Assembly: GCF_006345805.1 (NCBI RefSeq) | Contig: NC_042999.1 | Location: forward strand, 138,694,001-138,758,000 | Source of the DNA: Octopus sinensis | Lineage: Eukaryota | Direction: 5' to 3' | DNA: 64,000 nt | Part shown: positions 27,191 through 38,046 of the stretch, in pieces | Layout of the letters: every line of letters starts with the position of its first letter | How positions within the stretch are numbered: position 1 is the stretch's first letter | Made by a program: the position numbers and the translations under genes | The notes under the pieces: model-generated | Seen by the model: only the letters and a program-made list of their open reading frames with translations | Database searches by the model: none | What the model was told of the DNA's origin: nothing

Positions 27191-27792
27191 ACTGATATCA
27201 GAAATATTAGCAGGGAGGTGGATGGCAGAATTACACAAAATCCCTTGCAGTACTTAGTTATATCACTTTATATTCTGAGATCAAATCTCACCTAGGTTGA
27301 CTCATTTCAAATCCTGGAGTTGGTTTTAACTATAATTCATTCCATGTATTATCAGAATATTAGACAGTAGAACATCAAACTGCCTTGTGGTTTTAAGTTG
27401 CATTTTTTTTACATTTTGATATTAAAATCTTATGGAGACCATCTTTCATTCCTGTGGACTCCGTAAGAAGTATCAATCAGATACAGGAAGACAATATAAA
27501 TAAACTGTTCACTTTTGTCAATGCTTGAATCAGTGGAGTGGTAAATGGAAACATGTTTATTGAACCTTCCCACCAAATTACATATATTAAGACTACTGGT
27601 ATTCTTCCCCAAAAGTTTGTCTTCTCTCATACAGTGTAAGAAGAGGGGGGAGAAGGAGAATAGTGAGAGGAAGTGTAATATTGTTAACTATATTACATGC
27701 TGAAAGATTAATCAATGCATTAACAGGTGTAAAACAGATAATATAATTTTAATTGGGGTAAAATACTTCAGTAGGAAAAGTGAGATACTTAC

Positions 27793-28149
27793 CCACCAAC
27801 AGCAGTAATAACCCCTCCAGACTGACAAGCTAATTCCTCAGTAGCGGCTTCAGCAGAATACAATCCTAAAGGAGAATTGTACTGGCCATGAATGAAAGTT
27901 CCAGAACCAGCCCCAGGTGTTATAGGGGTAACGGGACTATGAGGTTGCCTAGCATAAGATGGTGAAATAGGGCTTGCATTGCTACTGTGAGGTGAAGGGT
28001 AAGACTGGTAATGCTGCTGCTGCTGCGGTTGGGCATAATACTGAGGCTGTGGTGGTGTGTAGGTTGGTACTTGGTGGGCAGCTGCTTCCTTCTTTGCAGC
28101 CTGCACATCTACCTTCGGTCCTTTCCGGGCAGATTGATTGTAATGCTGT
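27793..28149 (-). CDS. ZM (Zasp-like) motif exon QHYNQSARKGPK...GTFIHGQYNSPLGLYSAEAATEELACQSGGVITAVG
   Basis: tttattttcttacAG|acagcat...ggtgg|GTaagt; 357 nt, phase 2/2; QYNSP-GLYS is the Zasp-like motif. Confidence 0.93.
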
Positions 28150-28310
28150 CTGTAAGAAAATAAATGAAACAATAAGATACACAATCAAATTGCTAGAAAT
28201 ATATTATCATTGTGGTGGATTAAAAGAATACATAGAACAATGGACAAAACACTTTAATACATGCAGTTGCACTCACTTTACTTTCTGAATTTAAATCCTG
28301 CTGTGGTTAC

Positions 28311-28321
28311 CTTTCATTCTT
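28311..28321 (-). other. Candidate 11-nt microexon (aagaatgaaag); frame-shifting after the phase-2 exons found
   Basis: catttttcatcataccatccAG|aagaatgaaag|GTaacc. Confidence 0.4.
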
Positions 28322-28458
28322 CTGGATGGTATGATGAAAAATGTATGTAGTCAAAAACTGGCTTTGATATAATTGACAAAAATGTGCTGTTAGAAATCTT
28401 TGTATTTCCATACTTCTAAGTACTGGAATCAATTTACTGAACAACTCTTTCACCTCAC

Positions 28459-28476
28459 CTCCCAGTTGAAAGCCGA
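28459..28476 (-). CDS. 18-nt in-frame microexon (N)RLSTG(R)
   Basis: ttgtgtcttacatacAG|tcggctttcaactgggag|GTgagg; phase 2/2, stop-free. Confidence 0.6.
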
Positions 28477-29315
28477 CTGTATGTAAGACACAATTATCAT
28501 TAAATTATGAAAGAGTCCCAACTGAGAATAACAAAAAGGTACTGATAAATAATCTCAATCAGTTCCATTTGAATAGACATAGCATTAACTGTACAATTAA
28601 GAACAATCTTCGAAATTCCAACAAGCTGTATACCCATAAGATTTTGTGCGGATGGTGCACATATGTGATGATGTACATATACTGATTGCAAATATTGAGT
28701 GAACCGAACACTGAATGAGTGTTCTGTTACCATTAAAGAGATATTGGTGTCTATGGTAAAAACACTTCACTTTCAAATGGATAGATTCACTTTGCTGAAA
28801 ATAGGCATGACAATGTAAAAACAAATTTTCTGTTGATTATAGCAGAGGCACTGTAAAATTGATATTTTGTCAGCTTGTATAGAGTTCAAACCCTTTTGTG
28901 TGTTTGGTCTAAGCTTGTATAAAATTCTATGCTTGTTTGCTTTAGATTGCATGAATTTAGTCAGTGGTTCCTGTAAATTTAGAATAAGTACAATTTACCA
29001 ATGTCATTTGACTAAAAACCATAGCAATGATCATCCTGCCTTTATTGTCATGTATACTATAAGATTTAAGGCTATAAATGAACTTATATTTTAAAGATAT
29101 GTAGTGGTCAAATAAGATCAAATTTGGTACTAAATTGAATGGATGAAATGAAATTTGGTATTACATCAAGTGTAGGCTGAGTGACAATGTAGAAGCTATT
29201 ACTCCAGAAAAGCAGAAGAAAGATGGAATACAAAAACCAAACCCATGCCATGTCATGCACTGATCTGATCTCAGCTGCAGTATCTGCTTCTGGACTCCCA
29301 ATTGTTTCACATAAA

Positions 29316-29582
29316 CCCTAGGGTGTGGCACTCATGATCGCTAGATCGTGGGTTCAATTCCTGGACCAGGAAGTGTTCTGTGTTCTTGAGCAAAACACGT
29401 CATGTTCCTTTGTGATCATTGACACTTGACATATGGTGCACATGTACAGGGCAATGCTGATTTGATAGAGGGAGTGAATGTACAGTACATACACTTGATT
29501 GCTATGAACAAACCATTTGTGCAGGTCATTCAGAAAAAACAAAAAACTGAACACTCGTAATGTAGTCTTTGATGGGAGATCC
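29316..29582 (+). mobile_element. Degenerate SINE, family D
   Basis: gggttcaattcc B-box-like; similar to 4858-5150. Confidence 0.6.
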
Positions 29583-30329
29583 CATCATTATACAAGATAC
29601 AAGTCTTTGCCATGACAGCTTGGCCTTCCCATTGCTCACTACAAGAAAGAAATTTCTATTCTAGCAATTCATTCTAACACACACAGTTCTCTGCATTATC
29701 ACTAGTTCTTTCTGTCCAGTTCCAAGTATTTTTACATTGGTGGTTTGATCTCTATATGTAAAATGCAAGGGACAACACAGACTTTTGATGGAATGCAGTC
29801 AGGTTCTATACGGTTTCAAATTTTGGCAAGCCAACAAAATGCCTAACCTCCATCTGCAAATATTGTACTGTCCAAATAGGTGAAATGGGGTACATTTTCT
29901 AAGACTTTATAATTTATAGTTATAATCTAAATCTTTATATTATCTTGGCATTAGACATTTATAGTTTTTGCATCAAATTGTTAGCTGAACTTTTACATAG
30001 TGGTCTTTCCAGAATTTAAGCATTTGCAAAAATTTAGATAAGAACTGGTTATAGTCTTGAAGCAGACCATGTCCTTTTTGATAAATCTGCTTAAATTTAT
30101 AGCAAAAACTGAAGAAAAATATAGGATATAACCTTGTCTAAAACCAGTCCCAACAGTAAAACAGTTATTCTCTCACTAACACATACATAATTGCTTCTTT
30201 TATATATATTGCTTTCATCACTTTTTAGTTCTGTAGGTATTCTGTATCTTGAATGATTTTCCATGGTACTTTTTAAAGTTAAACCTGCTAAACTTTTCAA
30301 TGTCTTTCTGCAAGCGACCAATCACACTT

Positions 30330-30760
30330 ATATCCCAAAGATAATGGAAATAGTTGTTAATCGCCTTCACCAACATCTTGAGTGTTCATCCTTAATAACC
30401 ATCAATACAGCTTCAGTAGAGCCAGGTCTATTGGAGACATACTCTTACTTATAAGTTGCTTTTTGCTCTTGAGAAGGATGTCATCAGCAAAGCATTCAAC
30501 AATGTATGATACAAGAATTTTATATTTGTCAGATCTCTTAGAAGCTTCTTGTCCAACCAAACTATTGTAGCATGATTTTTGGGACATGCTATCTGCTTAA
30601 ATGGACTCTCGACACTCCTATTCCTGTTAATTAACTACAGGCTCGCTGTCATCTGAATATACTCACTAACCTTATCTGCACACAAATGTCATCTGCATGT
30701 ACCCTAGATACCTCATGTCAGTCAACCTTGCACCGTCGTCTTAAAAAGCTTAAACATTAT
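30330..30760 (+). mobile_element. Decayed LINE reverse-transcriptase fragment
   Basis: Patches PKIMEIVVNRLHQHLE, HQYSFSRARSIGDIL and SKAFNNV resemble LINE RT motifs; disrupted. Confidence 0.55.
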
Positions 30761-30904
30761 TCTATGGAAATGTAATAATCTTTACCAACAGCAAAGAAAA
30801 TTGCGTCGCATATCTTGCACCCGTACCAGTGGTACGTAAAAAGTACCCGCCTAGCTTTGAGTCTCATGGAGGTAGTGACAAGTGACTGAAAGTTTTGGTA
30901 ATAT

Positions 30905-31124
30905 ATCGTACTTGAGAAGACCTGTCAAGTCAGATTGTGGTTGTGGCCGATGCCAGTGTTTCGTAACTGGCACCCATGGCAGTGGTTGGCTTTAGAAAGG
31001 GCACCCAGCCGTAGAAATCATGTTAAATCAAGCTGAAACCTAGCACAGCTCTCCATCTTACCAATTTAAAGTCAAACCAGCCAACCCATGCCAGCATGGA
31101 AAACGGATGTTAAATGATGATGTT
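30905..31124 (+). mobile_element. Retroposon 3' fragment (RTE-like tail)
   Basis: Ends ccagcatggaaaacggatgttaaatgatgatg. Confidence 0.6.
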
Positions 31125-31612
31125 AAAAGAAAAAATCTTGTATCTCATGCTGAGCAACGCATAAACTGTCAAAGACAAGATAACACACAAAATATATTTA
31201 GTGTACATTATACAAAATGTCAAATAGTAGATCTCAAATTCTTATGATGTCCTATCATTCACGACACTGCAAAAATTGCACTTGAAGACTAGCCTTCTTG
31301 GTAGGGGCTTGCTCATCCTCATAAGAAAATGTCTGGCCCAAAGATATGCTGTATGTATCATGCTTCTACAGAACATTCTACTCCTCTGAACAATCAGCTT
31401 GCATACCACCTCTATTCTTCATACTAAATCTAATCTCTTCACAGGGATACAAAATCCCTAGAAGTTTCTTTCAGTTTACATATTACCTGCAGACAGTCTT
31501 ACAAATGGTCAAATAGATCAACAGTAAAGCACTGGTAGAACCTGCCCCAGAGTTTAGAGAGCATTGACTCAACTCAGGTGCCTGACTGTCATCTTTCCGG
31601 TATCAATAAAGA

Positions 31613-31888
31613 TAATACCTATTTCTTTATTACCCACAAGAGGCTAAACAGAGGGGACAAACAAGGACAGACATAGGTATTAAGTCGATTACTTCGACCC
31701 CAGTGCGTAACTGGTACTTAATTTATCGACCCCGGCGGAATTTCGACTTTGCCTTTCATCCTTTTGGGGTCGATAAATTAAGTACCAGTTACGCACTGGG
31801 GTCGATGTAATCGACTTAATACCTATGTCTGTCCTTGTTTGTTCCCCCCGTGTTTAGCCCCTTGTGGGTAATAAAGAAATAGGTATTA
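31613..31888. repeat. Inverted pair of family A SINE 3' halves
   Basis: Arms 31613-31733 and 31766-31888 are near-perfect reverse complements; 32-nt spacer. Confidence 0.9.
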
Positions 31889-32029
31889 TTTTTATTGATA
31901 CTGGAAAGATGAAAGACAAATACAATCCTCTGTGGCGTTTGAATCTAGAACAAAGGGACATAATTAAAACCAGGATTTTGTGTGCTGCTCGTCTACTAAC
32001 CAAGTGTTTTCCAACACATTGTCCAAATA

Positions 32030-32765
32030 AATAATTTCAAATTTTGCACAAGGTCAGCAGTTTAAAGGGAGTGCGTAATTCGATTACATTAACCTCAGAG
32101 CTCAATTGGTACTTCATTGGCCCCGAAAGGCTGAAAAGCAAGATTGATCTCCGCAGTATTTGAACCCAAAACGTAAAGAGCCCGCATGATTGCCACTCAT
32201 CATTTTGGCGCTAACGAATCTGCCAGCTTAAAAAAAAACTCCTTTCTACCTGTTATTGGAACAAATCCTGAAGCTTTTTGAGGAAGGGGCTTGTCGATCG
32301 ACCCCCCAGTGCTCATCTGGTACTTATATCATCGACCCCAAAAGTGAAAGTTGACCTCGGCAGCAACGCTGCTTCAAAATAATTCTTTCAACTATAGGCA
32401 CAAGGACTGTATATTTGGAAGAGAAGGCTAATCGATTACAACGATCCCGAAAGGATGAAAGGCAAAGTCAGTTTCAGCGGAATTTGAACTCGGAACGTCC
32501 AGACGGACGAAATACCGCAAACAATTTTGTCCGGCGTGCTAACGATTCTGCCAGATCGTTGCATTGTTTTGAACAGCAATTTTGAGAGGTGGGGGAAAGT
32601 CGATAACATCGACCTAAATGCTCAATTGATCATATTTTATCGGTCCCGGAAGGACGAAAGGTGAAACTGATCTCGGCGAAATTTGATCTTAGAACGTAAT
32701 GACGGGTGAAATGCCATTAAGCATTCTGTCCGGAGTGACAACGATTCTACCAGCTCGCCGCTTTA
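32030..32765 (-). mobile_element. Cluster of four same-orientation family A SINE remnants
   Basis: Recurring gacc..gaaagg..gaaa, tttgaac and ctaacga..ctgccagct segments. Confidence 0.7.
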
Positions 32766-33383
32766 ATAATAAAAACAACAGTTTAAAAATAAGAGATGTT
32801 TGCGTGTTATGCCTTTCCGACAGACATTAGCAATGTAACTGAAATTTTAACCGGGTATCAGAACTGGCTTACAGACTCGGTTCAACTACATAATATCATT
32901 CTAATTTTAGCAGACATACTGCCATGTTTCTTACATTTCAAAATAGACTTAATGTTGAACACTATAAAGACAGCTTCACTCTGTAGTCAAGAGAAGAAAA
33001 TAGTAAACCTGTCGACTGAGTAGGTTGCCAATAATAATATCCTAACTGGGCAAATAGCCAGGTTCTTGCATAGCACAGAGTATAAAGTAGATTGCCTGCA
33101 CTCCAGAATATGCTAAAAGTACTTATTTTATCGAGTCCCTAAATGATGAAAAACAGATTTAAACTCAGAATTTAATGAAGCAATCTTCTTTTTAATATAT
33201 CGAACTAATTTTCCTATTAATTGTGTGTGGGTAGCTGATCTTAGGAATGAATTGAATCTGTATTAAGTTTAGTGGTAAGCTGCAAAATATCCGAAATAAC
33301 GTATTTACACTAAGAATCCTATTAATTTCAGATGTTTGTACTCCTAGTTGCTTTGCCCCAGGTCATGCCTGATTGAAAATCTC

Positions 33384-33717
33384 CGGGTACTTTTTGCTTA
33401 TCTCACTCATAAAAAAAACAACAAAAGCCATTAAATTGGGTTATCTCCCCACTAAGAAGTTGAGTTTATGTGGCGACAAGAAGTATTGAATCAAAAGGAT
33501 CTAACCCTTTTAATCCAATCTCAACACATTGACTTTTGGCCTCCTCAATAAGCATGGTATGATTTGTTATAAAAATGTTTGATTCAATAAGATATTTAAT
33601 CTTTTCACTTACCAAATTTTCATTTTTTTTTTCGTTATTGAAGGTTATTTCTTTTTAGTCGGAGGAGATAATTCAGTTTTTTAATGGAGTGAGATAAGCA
33701 AAAAGTAGCAATACCCG
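33384..33717. mobile_element. MITE-like element with terminal inverted repeats
   Basis: tactttttgcttatctcactc (33388) versus gagtgagataagcaaaaagta (33687-33707). Confidence 0.55.
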
Positions 33718-34168
33718 TTATCAAAAGGATTCGATCCGTGCCCATCCTGTTCTTTTTTCAGTTAGTAAACGTATGGCTACATTATGTAGTGCTTTTTTTG
33801 TGAAAGACGGTAGAATGTAATTTAATAGAAAACTGACTATTTTTAATATTTGAACGACCACGTAGAGGCTCTCACGATGACTCGTGTTCTCGTTAATATA
33901 AAGTATGATAAAGATGAATATACTTATGATTGGACGGCAATCAGAGACGTATACCAAGTGCAGCTCAATCAATCTGTCAACTCACTGGAGTCTTGTAGAA
34001 TGTTGTCGCATACAAGATGGCAGATCATGTATTATATTGTAAGTAACTTCCTCATCGGTGACAGAAGTTTGCCATTTAACTATAGCAAGAAACGATAGTA
34101 AGGATATAACAACATCCACTAATTAAACAGATGCACGAGTAAACGGCGTCATTTTATCATCGTTACTT

Positions 34169-34551
34169 AAGGCGGCGAGCTGGCAGAAACGTTGGCACGC
34201 CGGGCGAAGTGCGTAGCCGTATTTCGTCTGCCGTTACGTTCTGAGTTCAAATTTCGCCGAGGTCGACTTTGCCTTTCATCCTTTCGAGGTCGATAAATTA
34301 AGTACCAGTTACGCACTGGGGTCTATGTAATCGTTTTAATACATTTGTCTGTCCTCTCTGTGTTTAGCCCCTTGTGGGTAGTAAAGAAATAGGTATTTCG
34401 CCTGCTACTACGTTCTGAGTTCAAATTTCGCTGAGGTCGACTTTGCCTTTCATCCTTTCGGGGCTGATTAAGTACCAGTGAAACACTGGAGGTCGATGTA
34501 ATCGACTATCCCTTTCCCTAGATTTCAAGCCTTGTGCCTTTAATGGAAAGG
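34169..34551 (+). mobile_element. Family A SINE followed by a second partial copy with the alternative tail
   Basis: aaggcggcgagctggcagaaacg...gttcaaat...taaagaaata, then ggtatttcg...gccttgtgcc. Confidence 0.9.
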
Positions 34552-35394
34552 ATTATATTATCGTTATTTGTTTTATCGGAAAAGAGGTTTGGACAAGTTT
34601 CTAGAACCTAGACCCAACCCCAGAATATCGAGTCGTCCCATTTTCAGGTCATTAATTAAAGGACCACCTTCTTCCTGCAACTTAATGAATAAACAAAATT
34701 AAATCGATATAAGAAAAATTGAACTTATGATAAATATAGAGCAGGTTCCATAAAAAAAATCTCGTAAGAGTGAATTTCTGAAAAATCCTTTATTAGGAAC
34801 TATCATTATTTGCCGAAATAGTGCTTTATTAGATTCGTGAGGTTTTTACACAATGCCTCTTTCAATTATTAATTCCCTTTAAGGTCGCTGTTAACGAAAT
34901 GTATGGTGGAATAAATTAGGTATTTGGTTGAGATTACATTGAGATTATAGAATAATTGCTGAGAATATGAACGGTAAAAAAAAAAAGTTCAAGGAGTAAC
35001 GCAACAAAATTCCAGGCATAACGAGCCCTCAGTTAAAATGTAATGAATTTGATCCACAAAATTACTCGGGTCGGGCTATGTAAAATGGAACATAACAAAT
35101 GATCATATTAGAAAGCATTCTACCAGCTTAGTTAACCCAGTGGAACACATATCTTGATTACAGCAAGAAAAATGAATACAAAGTAGAAGTACAACAGCTA
35201 AACTGAGTAATGAGCTAGCCAGTAATTTAATCGCCACTATAGCACTGATATAAAATTAGGTGTTCACATATCAGATATACGCAGTCGCTCATTTCATGAA
35301 ACGTCTTCGTAGCTTATTTCTGTTTTTAGATTTAATTTATGTTCTTAGAAATTCTAGTTTCATTATAACAATACAATTTGAAACCACATCACAG

Positions 35395-35490
35395 ACGACT
35401 GCAGTCGACAAACCGGAAGTACGATTATTTGTTTTTCACAAAATGGAGGTTGAAAGTATCCTATAACATTTCTTTTCAGAGCGGAAATAA
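35395..35490. promoter_or_regulatory. Candidate internal promoter: ETS site and YY1-like site
   Basis: ACCGGAAGT at 35412-35420, AAAATGGAGG at 35440-35449, palindrome cgactgcagtcg; motif match only. Confidence 0.3.
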
Positions 35491-36048
35491 TCCTGATTAT
35501 TAATTCTCATCTTAAAATTTCTTTCCTTCCCACAGGAAATAAGTACTTAGTTAAGATTATATTAATAGTTCACTACAGGGCAGTGCATATAACAGCCAGT
35601 AGAAATCCAGATTCTATGTAGGTTTTAAATTATTCAAGCCGGCCAGATTTTTTTCCCCCACTTACACTAAGAAATTGTAGTGAATTATTTTATTCAATCA
35701 AAAATATAGAGGTTGCCAATTTTTGTTAGGGATAGTGTTATAAAAGCAGCCAGGTCCTGGCGAGTCCTACAAACACGAAGCCACTTTACTTTTACAGCTG
35801 ATGACTGTCCAGACAAAAAAAAAGTCATTTTTATTAAGTTTTGTTGAAACTCCTGGCACTAGGTTCTTTAACTCCTCATAATCGAAAATGTACAGATATT
35901 TAAAAGCGAGGATGTAAAATTACGTTGAAGCAAGAAAGGAATTTAGCAATTGGTAGGTTAGGCCAGTAAACAACGAAGAATGTTTTCCGGTTCGTTTAAA
36001 TCTTCTCCATCCCACGTGCGCGCATGAGAAATTAGAAGTCAATATTGC

Positions 36049-36081
<33 letters not shown>

Positions 36082-36647
36082 CATCATCATCATCGAGGGA
36101 GGCCCTCCCTCCAGTCGTCCGAATTGTTGAAAGTATCAGCCAAATTTTCTCCAAATCATCTTAATGTGATATAATCCGATATATACTAAAAGTCAGAATG
36201 GTCACAGTTGGAAATTTCTGAACACAGATCCATTCGATAATCATGGCAGACATGAGGTTAGACCAAAATAACACGAGCAACAGGAATAGTAAATAACGAT
36301 GCTAATAAACGAAAACCAATTTGTTATGTAACAGTTGTATAAAAAGACTGCGCAAAGTTGTAACGTTCGTGTATTTTTGGACAAACGCAAGAAAAAGTAA
36401 AGAGCAAGCTATGGAAATCAAAGACAATACAAACAAATGAGAGAGCTTCTATATGGTTAATCGACGACTAACTAGATTACCATACTTCCCTTACATTTGA
36501 ACATAAACGCATTTTAAATGAAACATGTAGTTGTAGCTATTGTATCTGACTAAATAGTAACGGCTGAAGTGAATTTAAAGTCTTCTCGATCAGGGTTAAC
36601 ATCACAAAAAGATATAACAAAATTATGTCACACAATCACGTATGTAA

Positions 36648-37153
36648 TCTATATATATAAAACTCTAGTTGTGTGAGTGTCTGTCCCCTTCGATTTAGAT
36701 TCCTAACTCCTCCCACATTTTGCGGTGCAGTTTAACCAAATTCGGGTATCTTATAGTCGTGATTCATATCTAGCCCGTCTGACTATTAGCGCGCGTCAAC
36801 GATGAGTCTACGATTTTAAAAATAATTTAACATCATTTTTTATTCCATTTTAATGCATAAAATGCATCGTGTGTCGATGGCGGCGGAGTTGGCGTCCACG
36901 CTCACAGCTGCACCTGTTTGCTTCTCCCCCTTCCCTCCCTCGTGAAGCTGTGGGGAAGGGAGTGTAAAGAAATCAACGTCGTAATGCGTTGTGAAGGAAA
37001 CCAGCGTTCTTTTAGAACAACGACTTCATGGCTTGAAGACACCAAAACAAAAATGGCTAAGAAAGCCCGAATTTATAAGGGAAGTAACTCTCTAAAAATG
37101 CTTATATAGTTATTTCCCTTACAAACCCGAGCAACGCCGGGCGATACTGCTAG
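36648..37153 (+). mobile_element. Non-autonomous Helitron-type element
   Basis: A|TC start, subterminal hairpin cccgagcaacgccggg, CTAG|T end; copy at 61997-62395. Confidence 0.85.
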
Positions 37154-37813
37154 TAATTGATAAAAATGCCCACATTTACAAACAACTTAATAATAAAGAT
37201 GATATAGTACAATACAGTGGACGATTTAAGTAAATAAATCCTTAAAATATAAAAGGTACACGCGCGCGCGAAAATATAATTAAAGCTTTTTGAAAATTGG
37301 GCAGTAGAAGTCAAACATTGATACATTTAGTTTCTGCCTCTTTACAAAATTGGTAACAATTCTATCGAATAACAACGCATTAGTCCACCATGATAAATGA
37401 TGGCGGTAATTATAAACTGTAAAGGGTTAATTTGTAGTTCAGTAAGAACTATCAAGATACTTATATAACATTCACGCGCAAATACACTGTATACACACTC
37501 TGTAACTTAAATTTCCTTAGAACAGCTGTTGATGTAAAAATAAACCATCCATGAACTAGCGTTAAATATATTAGTTTTCTTTACAGTTCCACCATCGTTA
37601 AGAGATATGGAAGTAATATAACGAAAGCTCTAAGGTGGAACAATGAAATAATTAAAATACGAGCCAACGAGGAAGCCTCAATGTACTAGTAATAGCAACC
37701 AAATCTTCAAATCCCATTATACAGTATTAATACCCCACTCAAAAACCCCCCCACTGGATCTCATCCTAAAAATACATGAAATAGGTGGGTTGACCGCGGT
37801 TTGGATTGTTATC

Positions 37814-38046
37814 TATTTCTTTACTACCCACAAAGGGCTAAACACAGAGAGGACAAACAAGGACAGACAAATGGATTAAGTCGATTATATTGACCCTAGT
37901 GCGTAACTGGTGCTTATTTAATTGACCCCGAAAGGATGAAAGGCAAAGTCGACCTCGACGGAATTTGAACTTAGAACGTAACGGCAAACGAAATACGGCT
38001 ACGCATTTCGCCCGGCGTGCTAACGTTTCTGCCAGCTCGCCGCCTT
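37814..38046 (-). mobile_element. Family A SINE, full length
   Basis: Reverse complement of 39664-39896; flanked by ttggattg(tg)ttat TSD-like repeat. Confidence 0.9.

Noticed and set aside
28731-28794. 64-nt AG/GT segment QSESIHLKVK... resembling a PDZ end
   Set aside because: Phase 0 to 1 is incompatible with neighbouring exons; the similarity is too slight.
36495-36545. 51-nt open phase-2 segment with a GTAAGG donor
   Set aside because: Weak acceptor and intron-like composition; expected by chance.
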